Part shown: positions 8,402-18,687 of the stretch, one piece after another
Numbering within the stretch: the stretch's first letter is position 1
Layout of the letters: every line of letters begins with the position of its first letter
Assembly: GCA_021162815.1 (NCBI GenBank)
Contig: JAGGXW010000006.1
Location: 15,081-79,080 of the forward strand
DNA from: Thermoplasmata archaeon
GTDB taxonomy: Archaea; Thermoplasmatota; E2; UBA202; JdFR-43
Direction: 5' to 3'
DNA length: 64,000 nucleotides
Translations under genes and position numbers: made by a program
The notes under the pieces: model-generated
Told to the model about the DNA's origin: nothing
Databases searched by the model: none
The model's input: only the letters and a program-made list of their open reading frames with translations

Positions 8402-10230
8402 TTTTTCCTCCTTATTGCCTTTTCAGGACATACCTGCACACAATATCCACAGCCTGTGCAGAGAGATTCATTTATCTTTATCTTATCTCCCTCCCTGTAA
8501 AATGCAGGACATGCAAATTCATTTATGCATACATCACACCCAGTGCATTTATCCTGATCAACTTCAAAAACTATTTTTCTCTTTCTCCTCCTCAAATCCA
8601 GCAGTATGCATGGTGCCTTAAGTATAACAACAGCAAGTCCATCAAATTCTATAGCTCTACGGAAAGCTTCGATGGTCTTCTTCATATTGTATGGATTGAC
8701 AACTTCAACATGCTTTACTCCTATACCCCTCACAACTCTCTCTATGTCTATTTTCACAGCTTCATTCCCCATACCATCTATGCTATTTCCGGGATGGGGC
8801 TGATGGCCTGTCATTGCTGTCGTGCTGTTGTCAAGTATTGCAATAACGAAATTATGATTATGATGGACAGCATTTACAAGAGCTGGCAAACCTGCATGGA
8901 AGAAGGTGGAATCCCCTATGAAGGATATGATTTTTTTCTTTTCATTTGTAAGTGCAAAACCTCCTCCGCTTCCAACACTTGAACCCATGCATAAAAGAAA
9001 ATCAGCTGTTTTGTATGGAGGAAGTAAACCAAGGGTGTAACATCCGATATCAGTAGGATAGATCGCATCATCTCCAGCAACCTTCTTGACTGCATAGTAT
9101 GTAGCCCTATGAGGACAGCCAGGACAGAGTACAGGTGGGCGTGGAGTGGCTTCAACTGCATCTTCCTTCAATTCATATTCAATCTCAAAGAACTGAGCAA
9201 GTGTGGGATAAACAACCTGAGGAGAGTATTCATAAAGGGGGGTAAACCTTCCAAAACCCTTCCCATATATTGGTGTGGTAATTCCATTCTTCTGAGCCAT
9301 CACTCTTATCTCTTCCTCCATAAATGGTTCAAGTTCCTCAACAACAATCACCTTTTCAACATTATTTAGAAAATCCATTATCAATTTCTCTGGAACGGGA
9401 TAACTGAAACCCAGTTTGAGTATTTTTGCCTTTATTCCAAGATCATCAATTGCTTCCCTAACATAATTGTACGATGCACCTGATGTTATTATTCCATAAC
9501 TCCCTCCAAAATCCTCTATGAAATTGAATTTGCTTTTCTCCGCCATCTCCATAGCTCTTTCCATTTTTTCAAGCAAAACAGGATGCAGCTTTCTCGCAAC
9601 TTCAGGAACAGTAACATAGTCTCCAGGCTTAAAATCCCCCTTTCTTTTCTCCATTGGATATTCATTGAGTTCAACAACTCCCCTCATGTGAGAAACTCTT
9701 GTGGTGGTACGCAACAAAACAGGTAGTTTTAATTCCTCAGATATATTGAATGCCTCAATTGTCATCTCCTTTGCCTCTGCAGGATTGGATGGTTCAAGCA
9801 ACGGAAGGTTAGCAAATTTGGCAAATCTTCTGTTATCCTGCTCGTTCTGGCTTGAATGGGCACTGGGGTCATCTGCTGTAACAATCACATGCCCCCCATT
9901 GCAACCAACATATGCATAGGTCATGATGGCATCACTTGCCACATTAACCCCAACATGCTTCATGCATGTTAGAGTCCTCAGCCCCGATATTGCGGCTGCG
10001 GCTGCCATCTCTATGGCAACCTTCTCATTTGTTGAATACTCAAAATAGAATGGGGGCTCAATACCATTATTTTTCATGTATCTTGCCATGGCAGAGATGG
10101 AGTCTGCTATCTCAGATGATGGAGTTCCCGGATAAGTTGTTCCAAAATCCATTCCAGCCTCCAGCGCCCCTCTCGCTATGGCTTCATTGCCCAGCAATAC
10201 GGCTTTCCTATTTTTTTCCAGCAATATCAT
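8398..10230 (-). CDS. iorA: indolepyruvate:ferredoxin oxidoreductase subunit alpha
   Basis: 610 aa with a TPP-binding region and a C-terminal double [4Fe-4S] motif CTGCDVC...CPA / CTGCGYCVQVCP, as in IorA. Confidence 0.8.
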   Translation of the reverse strand: MILLEKNRKAVLLGNEAIARGALEAGMDFGTTYPGTPSSEIADSISAMARYMKNNGIEPPFYFEYSTNEKVAIEMAAAAAISGLRTLTCMKHVGVNVASDAIMTYAYVGCNGGHVIVTADDPSAHSSQNEQDNRRFAKFANLPLLEPSNPAEAKEMTIEAFNISEELKLPVLLRTTTRVSHMRGVVELNEYPMEKRKGDFKPGDYVTVPEVARKLHPVLLEKMERAMEMAEKSKFNFIEDFGGSYGIITSGASYNYVREAIDDLGIKAKILKLGFSYPVPEKLIMDFLNNVEKVIVVEELEPFMEEEIRVMAQKNGITTPIYGKGFGRFTPLYEYSPQVVYPTLAQFFEIEYELKEDAVEATPRPPVLCPGCPHRATYYAVKKVAGDDAIYPTDIGCYTLGLLPPYKTADFLLCMGSSVGSGGGFALTNEKKKIISFIGDSTFFHAGLPALVNAVHHNHNFVIAILDNSTTAMTGHQPHPGNSIDGMGNEAVKIDIERVVRGIGVKHVEVVNPYNMKKTIEAFRRAIEFDGLAVVILKAPCILLDLRRRKRKIVFEVDQDKCTGCDVCINEFACPAFYREGDKIKINESLCTGCGYCVQVCPEKAIRRKK

Positions 10231-10835
10231 TCTGCAATCACCTTTGCATCAACAACTTTTATACCATTCTCATAAACAAATACTGGATTTAAATCCATCT
10301 GTAATATCTTTTCTTTTAAAGCCATATCAGATATTTTCATTAAAAGGTCGATGAAAGCTTCTTTATCGAGTTTTATTCTGAATTTTTCAAAGATTTTACC
10401 CCCTTTAAGCTCGAATATCATCTCCTCTGCATCTTCTCTTGTTATTGGAATTTTTCTGAAGGATATGTCCTCATATACTTCTGTGAATATACCCCCCATT
10501 CCCGCCATCACAACATGGCCAAAGAAATCGTCTTTTATGACTCCTGCAATCATCTCTACTCCATGCTCCTCCATTTTTTCCACAAGAATTCTTTCATTGG
10601 GAAACTTTTTCTTCATCCTATTTAAGGCGTTGTTCAGTTCTTTTTCGTTTCCTATGTGGAGTATAACTCCCCCCACATCTGTCTTATGGGTTATGTGTGG
10701 AGAACACACCTTAACAGCTACAGGATATTCAATATTCTTTATGGACTCCACATTATCAACAACTACAAACTCCGGAACGGGTATTCCGTATTTTTTTAGC
10801 AATTCTTTGGATTGAGCCTCATCAAGTTCTCTCAT
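10227..10835 (-). CDS. acetyl-CoA synthetase (ADP-forming) beta subunit, ATP-grasp domain
   Basis: Near-colinear similarity to Pyrococcus ACD beta (LKKYGIPVPEF..., ...GGIFTEV...DLNPVFVYENG...VDAKVI). Overlaps the iorA start by 4 nt. Confidence 0.8.
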   Translation of the reverse strand: MRELDEAQSKELLKKYGIPVPEFVVVDNVESIKNIEYPVAVKVCSPHITHKTDVGGVILHIGNEKELNNALNRMKKKFPNERILVEKMEEHGVEMIAGVIKDDFFGHVVMAGMGGIFTEVYEDISFRKIPITREDAEEMIFELKGGKIFEKFRIKLDKEAFIDLLMKISDMALKEKILQMDLNPVFVYENGIKVVDAKVIAE

Positions 10836-10921
10836 TTTAATGATGTATGCAACCCTGCTTTTTTAACTTTGCTAACAAAAAAAGTGCAAAAAATGAAATA
10901 TTAAAAAGCATTAAACAAGAG

Positions 10922-11461
10922 ATGAGGGCATTTATAGCCATAGATGTTGAAAGTGAGGAAATGAAAAAACTGCTTCATGATTTGAGAGGAATAAAGGCGA
11001 GAATAAAAACTGTTGAAGATAAAAATATTCATCTCACATTAAAATTTCTTGGAGAAATAGATGAGAATATGGTGGAGAATGTAAAAAATGCAATGAAAAA
11101 ATCTGTTGAGGGTGAGAAACCTTTCATTGCTGAATTAAATGGAGTGGGAGTATTTCCGAATATCAATTACATGAGGGTTATATGGGTAGGTTTCAAAGAC
11201 GATGGAACAATCAAAAGAATTCAGCAGAGACTTGATGAGGAATTGCAGAAATATTCTTTCAAAAAAGAGAAGGACTTTGTGCCCCATGTAACAATTGCTA
11301 GGGTAAAAGGAAGAGAGGGAAAGGAAAATTTAAAGAAGTTTGTGGAGTATAATATGAGTAAAAGTTTTGGCACGATTAACTGCGATTCAATAAAGTTGAA
11401 GAAAAGTACATTGACAAGAGAAGGACCAATATATGAAGACATATATGAGATAAAACTATGA
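10922..11461 (+). CDS. thpR: RNA 2',3'-cyclic phosphodiesterase / 2'-5' RNA ligase family (2H phosphoesterase)
   Basis: Two H-x-T/S-x motifs (HLTLKF, HVTIARV). The ORF opens at 10847, but the likely start is the MRAF Met at 10922. Confidence 0.7.
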   Translation: MRAFIAIDVESEEMKKLLHDLRGIKARIKTVEDKNIHLTLKFLGEIDENMVENVKNAMKKSVEGEKPFIAELNGVGVFPNINYMRVIWVGFKDDGTIKRIQQRLDEELQKYSFKKEKDFVPHVTIARVKGREGKENLKKFVEYNMSKSFGTINCDSIKLKKSTLTREGPIYEDIYEIKL

Positions 11462-12771
11462 AGGAGATACTGAATGAGGTAATGGAAAGGATAGTTCCAT
11501 CAGCCGAAGAGGAGAATAGATTAAATAAAGTTGTCAAGGAACTGGAAGGAAAGATAAAAAAATATGTACCCAAGGATGCAGAAATAATGCTTGTTGGCTC
11601 CGTTGCAAAGGGAACATGGCTCAAAAATTCTCTGGACATTGATTTCTTTATCCTCTTTCCACTAAGATGGAATAAAAGGGAGATGGAGAAAGTTGTTCTG
11701 GATACAGGAAAAAAAGTTCTTGATAAAATATGGATCCAATACGCAGAGCATCCATATGTGAGGGGATACTACAAAAATTACAGGGTTGACATAGTGCCGA
11801 GTTATAAAATAAAGAGTATAACAGAAATGAAAAGCTCTGTTGACAGAACACCATTCCATACTGAATTTATAAGGAAGAATATGGATGACAAACTAAAAAA
11901 TGATGCAAGACTTCTCAAGCAATTCATGAAGGGAATAGGATGTTATGGGGCGGAGGCAAAAGTGGAGGGTTTTTCTGGCTATCTTGTTGAACTTCTGATA
12001 ATAAAATATGGTGGCTTCTTAAATGTTCTCAAAGCGGCGATTAAATGGGGAAAAAAGGTATATCTGACAATAAATGGAGATGGAAAAAAATTCAGTGATA
12101 GATTTGTATTCATTGATCCCGTCGACCTGTCCCGCAATGTGGCCGCCGCCCTGTCGGAGGAGAAACTGGAGTTATTTATCTCAGCAGCAAGGGATTTTTT
12201 GAATGAACCAAGCATTAAATTTTTCTTTCCTCCTCCCCCTCCAAAGATAGATGATGACATACTTGAAAAAAAGCTTGGGAATTTCATAGGAATATGCTTT
12301 AAAAAGCCGGATATCGTTGATGATGTGCTCTATCCCCAGTTAAAAAAGGCTGCATCAAATATCTCATCCTTGTTTTTCAGTCATGATTTTAAGGTTGTAA
12401 GGAAAGCATTTCATGCTGATGGAAGTGCATTTATTGCGGTGGAACTTGAAAGCAAGAATATAGAAGATAAAAAACTGCATATGGGACCACCTCTTAAATC
12501 CAAAAAACACGTGGAATCATTCATTAAAAGATGGGAGAATGATGAACATGCAATAGGAAAACCATTTGAAAAAGATGGAAGAATGTGGATATGGGTGAGA
12601 AGAGAATACACAGATGCCAGGAAATTGTTAAAAGATAAAATAAAGGATGTTCGTCTCGGAAAGCATATTGATAAAATAAAGAGTGAGATAAAGATATGTG
12701 AAAAGGGATTAAAAAGATATAAAAAGTACTGGTACGAGTTTTTCTGTCCTCTTCCTCCATGGAAAAGATGA
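11458..12771 (+). CDS. cca: CCA-adding tRNA nucleotidyltransferase (archaeal class I)
   Basis: Archaeal CCA-enzyme N-terminal nucleotidyltransferase fold (GSVAKGTWLKNSLDIDFFILF); 437 aa. Its start overlaps the thpR stop (ATGA). Confidence 0.8.
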   Translation: MKEILNEVMERIVPSAEEENRLNKVVKELEGKIKKYVPKDAEIMLVGSVAKGTWLKNSLDIDFFILFPLRWNKREMEKVVLDTGKKVLDKIWIQYAEHPYVRGYYKNYRVDIVPSYKIKSITEMKSSVDRTPFHTEFIRKNMDDKLKNDARLLKQFMKGIGCYGAEAKVEGFSGYLVELLIIKYGGFLNVLKAAIKWGKKVYLTINGDGKKFSDRFVFIDPVDLSRNVAAALSEEKLELFISAARDFLNEPSIKFFFPPPPPKIDDDILEKKLGNFIGICFKKPDIVDDVLYPQLKKAASNISSLFFSHDFKVVRKAFHADGSAFIAVELESKNIEDKKLHMGPPLKSKKHVESFIKRWENDEHAIGKPFEKDGRMWIWVRREYTDARKLLKDKIKDVRLGKHIDKIKSEIKICEKGLKRYKKYWYEFFCPLPPWKR

Positions 12772-13638
12772 TCAGAGCAGTCCTGCTTTCTGAAGGAGCA
12801 TCAAATCTTCAGTTGAAAGCTTCTCTCCCCTCTTAAATCTTTCATATATCTCATCTGCCTTTTTCTGGAGGGCACTCCTTTCTTTGCTTATTTTGTCTAT
12901 CTTTTCTTTATCCTTAATTTCCTTTATCTGGCTCTCTATTTCTCTTATTTTCTGTATGTATGTTACAAAATCCTTATGGGCTTTATCGGCACTTATCTTG
13001 CTAACTATATAATCCTTCTCAACCTTTCTGTACCCCCTTCTGAGTTCTTTAAGTTTTTTTAGGCATTCAAGCATTTCAAGATGTTCTTTCTGCGCTCTTT
13101 CCGCAAGTTCTCTAACTTTCTCATGCTCTTTATCACTTTTTTGTTTAAGTTCTCTCTCCTTTGCTATAAGTTCCTGTAAATGCTCATCCTGGGCAAGTAT
13201 CTTTTCCTTCTCTCTTATCTCTCTATTCAATTTTGCAAGCTGCTCTATAAGTTCTTCCTCTTCTCTTTTACTGAGTTGCTGTGTCATTTGCTTGAATTCA
13301 AGAGCATCTCTTTTCTGTTTCAATATGTCAATTGGTGTATCATTGGGGAAATAACTCCTTTTTATTTCTCTTATTTTCTTTCTCAGCTCATCCCATTCCT
13401 TGTTGAGAGTTCGTCTCTTCTCCTTGGATTTTGATACCTGCTTATTTATCTCATCTCTCCTTTCCTTATGAAGCAACCTTTCCTTATTATATTTCTCAAT
13501 TTCTTGGCTTAACTCCCTTTTTTTTGTTCTCAGTTCTTTGGTTTTCTCGTTAAGCCTCTCTCTCAGCTCCTTTGCCTTGTACAATTTCTTTTTCAGTTCT
13601 TCTTTTTGTGCTTCTAGTTCCCTTATAATTTCATCCAT
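12772..13638 (-). CDS. archaeal coiled-coil protein (COG1340-like)
   Basis: 288 aa made almost entirely of charged E/K/R-rich heptad-type sequence. No catalytic motifs. Confidence 0.55.
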   Translation of the reverse strand: MDEIIRELEAQKEELKKKLYKAKELRERLNEKTKELRTKKRELSQEIEKYNKERLLHKERRDEINKQVSKSKEKRRTLNKEWDELRKKIREIKRSYFPNDTPIDILKQKRDALEFKQMTQQLSKREEEELIEQLAKLNREIREKEKILAQDEHLQELIAKERELKQKSDKEHEKVRELAERAQKEHLEMLECLKKLKELRRGYRKVEKDYIVSKISADKAHKDFVTYIQKIREIESQIKEIKDKEKIDKISKERSALQKKADEIYERFKRGEKLSTEDLMLLQKAGLL

Positions 13639-13668
13639 TATAATTCCTAAATGCGGTATTTATTAAAA

Positions 13669-13699
13669 AATTTCGCTAAAGTTTGTGATAAGCGAAATT
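13669..13699. promoter_or_regulatory. perfect 9-bp inverted repeat (AATTTCGCT-N13-AGCGAAATT) in a divergent promoter region
   Basis: Seen directly in the sequence between the divergently transcribed coiled-coil gene and the first C25 peptidase gene. Candidate operator site. Confidence 0.3.
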
Positions 13700-13739
13700 A
13701 TTATAGGCAATAAAATAATAACAAGTAAGAGGGATTAAC

Positions 13740-16439
13740 ATGAACAGGAAAAAAATTGCTTTATTACTGGCTGTTATTATGGCGCTTCCTGTATTTACAG
13801 GTTGTGTCGAAAAATTTCAAGAGGTAAATGGATTCAGCATGGCTACTGTTGATGACATTCATTCAGAAAGAAATCAGGATGCAACTCCTGTATTGGCAAG
13901 TAAGAATAATCCATTTTATGCCCTCATAGCTACCCCTGTTTCGCTTTATTATGATGAAGAACATAAAATACATGTAGAGCCCCTTCTCGTGACGAACTTC
14001 TCAAATCCTTCCAGGCCTGTTGAGAGACTGGAAAACATGATTCCAATGTCCTATTATGAGATAAGAAGTGGAAGTGCAGAGAATGTTTCAAAAGCTCTGA
14101 GTAGTGTGTGGAAGAAAAGCGATGCAGCGATGATAATAGAAGACAGCATGAAGGGATATAAGCTGGGAGTAGCCGCCGTTCCTCTTGCAAGTTATCTCGA
14201 TATACCCGTTTTTGTCACAAAAAGCACGAAAAATGTGGAGAGTATATTGAAAAAATTGGGGGTTAAATACACATTTGTGTGCGGAGATGTGGATGGATAC
14301 GCCACAACTTGGAGATTCAGGAATGTAAGAGATATAGAAAATTTCACAATAGATTATCTTAAACACAATTTTGGAGGAGTGAAATACATAACAATAACAA
14401 ATCCTCTCGATATAACAAGGGTTAAAGTTCTGAATGAAACAGAATATGAATGGGAGAATGAAACAAGCTCAATTGACATACTTCCAGCTCAGACAATACA
14501 TGCAATAACCCATGGAATGTTCAGCATTCATGAGTTCAATGTCCCGGATGATTACAAATATGCTAGAATAAAGATAGACCTGATAAATGAAAATTCTGAA
14601 AAGGTGGATGAGCTCGGAGATGATTTGATTCTCCTTGTATATGGACCTGATAACGAAACATATGTATATACCTCCACCTCAGCAGGAATACCTGAACTGG
14701 AAAACGGAGAGATAGTGAAGGACAAGATACATTATGAAACCATTGTATATGGAAAGCCAGGAACATACACGGCTCAGGTGGTTGGAAGATGGGTGGAGAG
14801 AGTATCAGGAAAGTATAAGCTGAAGATAACAATTGAGGAAATAAATGATACAAAACAGCCTCTCATGAAGAATCTGTCCAGCCTTGCCCCATATCTGGCA
14901 GCATATCATCAGGGAATGGTGTTTGCAAGACCAGAGCTTGCATTTGCGAGTAATGAAAGCGTGGGAGTCAAAGGAGTTGTTTACCCATCCACAAATGAGG
15001 AGCTTGTTAAACCATGCGATGAGCATTTGTTTAAAATGCATGAAGAGTTGAATTCCATTCTTGCAAAAATAGCAAATATTTCTGCAGATAATTTAAAAGA
15101 ATTGCGGGACCACTACGCCAGCAATCCACTTTACATTGCCATAATGGCGGACCCAACAATGGTTCCTATGTTCTATTATCATAACCCAGATAGTGATAAT
15201 ATCATAGGTGTTCAGTTGCCAAGTGATTTCTTCTATGGAGATATTGATCCAAATGAAAATGACTGGGAAAATGATACATATACATATTATCCATTCATGG
15301 AGAATGCCGTTGGAAGAGTAACTGGTTACGATGCGGAAGACTGCTCTGCCCTGATTGCAAGAACTGTCCTCTACAATGACATAATAGATAAACTTGGAGA
15401 ATGGAAAAATAATGCAACTGTACAGACCGGAGCTGGTCTGGAATTCCAGTGGATTCCAGTGCTGAGCTATCTGGCAGGTTTAATTACCGGAAGTGAAGAA
15501 CCAACAAAATGGCCAAGTGGTGAAAGCTTATTTGCCAACATGCACATATCAAGTGATATAAAGGAAGGAGGATTCAATGTGAGAAGCACAATACTCACCG
15601 CTTCCCAGAGAGAAGGATTTGAGAATTTGAGGAAAGAGACAAGCAGATTGAATATCCCGTTCCCCGGAGTGATTCAGCTCATAAGCGGTAAACAGATTGT
15701 TAAGGGCGGCGAGCTGCAGCGCAACAGCAATCTCATATTTGCGTTCAATCACGGAATATATTACATGTATGAGTCCGGAGATATACTCCTCGATGCCAGA
15801 GGATTCCCACCTGTAACATGGCTTGCAAGATTTTTCGAACCTCTTGGCATAATGAGTGGTCTTTCAAGCAAAGGAGGTTATGCGGTAAGATATGTTTACA
15901 AGGATGATTATGGACCCAGTGTCATATTTGTTGAGAGCTGTATTGTGGGCAGGACAGATGGTCTGCTTCCTCAGAATTGTCTAACACAGGCATACATACA
16001 TGCGGGAGTGAATTCAATAATAGCATCAACAAGAGTTACTGCAGATCCTGGATATCTTGAACCTGGTTTGATATTCAAGGGATTTGGTGCAAAAGGATTT
16101 ATCCATGCATGGCTGAGACTCGCACTGAAGGGAGAGTATCCACCTCTTCACTTTGGTGGTGTGGTAGCTCAGGAATTTATAAATGACCTGATAAAGAACG
16201 ACAGCACGGTAGGAATGGCACTCAGAGATGCAAAGAATAAATATCTTCCAATAGATGCCAACTCAACATTCCTGTGGACTCCTCCGCTGAGTGGAATAGC
16301 AGACTATGATTACAATGGCTACACAAAAATGAAATTTGAATATGGAAGATATCTGGATAAGAAATATGTGTGCCTGCATGAATTCAATCTGTATGGAGAC
16401 CCTGCATTCAACCCATATCAGCCTGTAAATAACGGCTGA
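13740..16439 (+). CDS. secreted peptidase C25 (gingipain-like, clan CD) family protein, paralog 1; lipobox-like signal
   Basis: Signal peptide ending ...VFTGC. Candidate clan-CD His-Cys dyad (FAFNHG ... VIFVESCIVG). Shares the C25-type blocks with the two paralogs below. 899 aa. Confidence 0.5.
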   Translation: MNRKKIALLLAVIMALPVFTGCVEKFQEVNGFSMATVDDIHSERNQDATPVLASKNNPFYALIATPVSLYYDEEHKIHVEPLLVTNFSNPSRPVERLENMIPMSYYEIRSGSAENVSKALSSVWKKSDAAMIIEDSMKGYKLGVAAVPLASYLDIPVFVTKSTKNVESILKKLGVKYTFVCGDVDGYATTWRFRNVRDIENFTIDYLKHNFGGVKYITITNPLDITRVKVLNETEYEWENETSSIDILPAQTIHAITHGMFSIHEFNVPDDYKYARIKIDLINENSEKVDELGDDLILLVYGPDNETYVYTSTSAGIPELENGEIVKDKIHYETIVYGKPGTYTAQVVGRWVERVSGKYKLKITIEEINDTKQPLMKNLSSLAPYLAAYHQGMVFARPELAFASNESVGVKGVVYPSTNEELVKPCDEHLFKMHEELNSILAKIANISADNLKELRDHYASNPLYIAIMADPTMVPMFYYHNPDSDNIIGVQLPSDFFYGDIDPNENDWENDTYTYYPFMENAVGRVTGYDAEDCSALIARTVLYNDIIDKLGEWKNNATVQTGAGLEFQWIPVLSYLAGLITGSEEPTKWPSGESLFANMHISSDIKEGGFNVRSTILTASQREGFENLRKETSRLNIPFPGVIQLISGKQIVKGGELQRNSNLIFAFNHGIYYMYESGDILLDARGFPPVTWLARFFEPLGIMSGLSSKGGYAVRYVYKDDYGPSVIFVESCIVGRTDGLLPQNCLTQAYIHAGVNSIIASTRVTADPGYLEPGLIFKGFGAKGFIHAWLRLALKGEYPPLHFGGVVAQEFINDLIKNDSTVGMALRDAKNKYLPIDANSTFLWTPPLSGIADYDYNGYTKMKFEYGRYLDKKYVCLHEFNLYGDPAFNPYQPVNNG

Positions 16440-16470
16440 TTTTTTCCCTTTTTATTCTTTGTTTTAATTT
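16440..16470. terminator. T-rich intergenic tract between convergent genes (archaeal terminator-like)
   Basis: TTTTTTCCCTTTTTATTCTTTGTTTT lies immediately after the C25 gene stop and before the convergent TFS gene. Confidence 0.35.
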
Positions 16471-16473
16471 AGT

Positions 16474-16770
16474 TTAATATTCTCTCCATCTGTGCCCGCA
16501 TTTTGTACATATATATATCCTTGTTTCCGGCTCATCTGCTGCCCTGGTCTGGCGAAGTATCCAGTAAGCTTCTTCATTGCCGCATTTGGGACATCTAACC
16601 TTCGTTTTTGGAAGAAGCTCTATGTTCTCCTCAACAATTATCGTTTCTCTTTCCTCTGCCTTTTTAACAACAATATGCTCTTCATCCTTTTTCTTTCTGT
16701 ACCCACACTTTCTGCATACAAGTTCATCTCCCTCAGGATAGAGCAAGCTACCGCATTTTGGACAGAACAT
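16474..16770 (-). CDS. tfs: transcription factor S (TFIIS-type zinc ribbon; RNAP subunit M paralog)
   Basis: N-terminal Zn ribbon CPKCGS...CRKCG and C-terminal TFIIS-type ribbon CPKCGNEEAYW..QTRAADEP.T..Y.C..CGHRWRE. Confidence 0.85.
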   Translation of the reverse strand: MFCPKCGSLLYPEGDELVCRKCGYRKKKDEEHIVVKKAEERETIIVEENIELLPKTKVRCPKCGNEEAYWILRQTRAADEPETRIYICTKCGHRWREY

Positions 16771-16981
16771 AATGGACTTAAAAGAGTAGTCTATAAATAA
16801 ATTTGGTTTGAAAAAGAATCAGGCAACAAATCTGTCCTACATTATCAGATTCATGTTTCCCAGTTGCTTCATCTTGGTACAGGATTATTTTCAGGTGTTT
16901 CCAAAATTCCTCCCTGTATTTGCCCCATCATTTATGCAATACAAAACTTTTTTAAAAAATCTTGCTATGTATTTGAATAAT

Positions 16982-18573
16982 ATGAATAAAATTTTGTTAT
17001 CCATACTCCTTTTTGCAATTGTCTTTTCACTGCCGTTTTTCCATACAATGGGCAAAGAGGAGGAAAATTTTATTGAAACTGGAGATGGAAAAGTATTATA
17101 CGTCGGCGGCTCCGGCCCAGGCAACTACTCAACAATACAGGAAGCATTGAACCATGCGGAAGATGGTGATACCATTTTTGTTTATTCTGGTTACTATAAA
17201 ACGAAGGGATATATGATATTCATATTCAAAAGTATCAGATTGCTCGGAGAGGACAGGCACACAACAATAATAGATAATGATAATACACCCCTCTCATAGA
17301 AGCAGTGGCGTAAGAGTAGAAAATTTTACAATAAAGAATGGTGGTGTATATAATGATGGACTGCAAATTAATTACGGCAAAAATATTTTTATTCATAATT
17401 GCACAGTTTCCAACAGCTATACCGGAATAAAGGTTGAGGGTTCATCCAATGTTGAAATATCCCATTGCCATCTTTTTCATAACAACGAAAGCATTTTCAT
17501 TTCAGATTCTTCTAATATTGGGGTAAAAAATTGCATTTCTTATTCCAATAAGAGAGGGCTTCAAATAAGTACGTCTGTAGATTCCAGCATATCCAACTGT
17601 ACTTTTAATGGAGAGGGTGTTCTAATAACAGGAGATGTGGAGAAGATAAATCAATTCATTGTTAACATGAATGATAATTATGTTAACGAGAAACCACTGC
17701 TATATTATCATGGAAAGGAACGATGTTGTTTTAAATGGAACAGATGCAGGAGAGATTATAATAGTGGATTGCAAAAATTTTGAGATTAAAAACATGGACA
17801 TATCCGATACGGATGTGGGGATAGAAATCATAAGAGGAGATGGGATGATAATTCAAAATTGCAGTTTTCATAACAACAATTATAAAGGAATGGAAATGGG
17901 AGAAGTCTTTAACAGTCATATATCAAACTGTAAGGTTTATAACAATGGTTATAATGGTATTCAATTATCATATGGCAGGGGTAACATAATAAGTGAATGT
18001 GATATTTATCTCAATAGTGATACAGGAATAGCTTTATCATCCTCTTACGATACCCTGATACCTCGTTGCAATATATATGAAAATACCATGCACGGCATTT
18101 CCATTGTTTCCCTCTCCTCTTCCAATGAGAGAAATAACATTTCATATTGCAACATTTATGACAATGAAAAAGGGGTTTCCGTTTTTTATTCATCTGGTAA
18201 CGTGATTTACAATGATAATATTTCCTCCAATAACATTGGCATATCCCTGTGGGGAGGAAGTAAATATAATCTTATACAAATATGCAATATCCATTCCAAT
18301 CATGAGGGTGTGGAGATAAGAATGTATATTATTGAGATATTTTTGATACATGCCCACATGGCCATGGGAGACATGATATACCAAAACAACTTTATCAACA
18401 ATGATATACACGCCTATTTCTTTAATGCCCGTCAAATTACATGGGATTCCAATTACTGGGATGACTGGAAGGGATATGGAAGGAAAATTATAAGAGGAAA
18501 TATTTTAACATTGTACATGCCAGTCTTTCCATTAATAAACTTCGATAAAAATCCAGCAAAAGAGCCGTGGTAA
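16982..18573 (+). pseudogene. right-handed parallel beta-helix (pectin-lyase-fold/NosD-like) surface protein gene disrupted by two +1 frameshifts
   Basis: Three overlapping ORFs in three frames (16808..17299, 17277..17783, 17671..18573) together encode a signal peptide plus continuous beta-helix repeats (NxxGIxxxxSxNxxIxxC). The frame switches lie near 17280 and 17715. Confidence 0.5.
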
Positions 18574-18687
18574 TTCCATGCCTCGCATTATATTTGCTTG
18601 AGGGGGAAATCTCCATATAGTTACCTACAATTATTCAACATCCCTGATATCATTTTATTATATATAACTAAAATAGAGGAAAGAGGG

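Noticed and set aside
12772-13638. Possibility that the E/K-rich ORF is a mis-framed antisense artefact
   Set aside because: It is a single uninterrupted 288-codon frame with regular heptad-like periodicity and its own intergenic spacers; kept as a COG1340-type coiled-coil protein.
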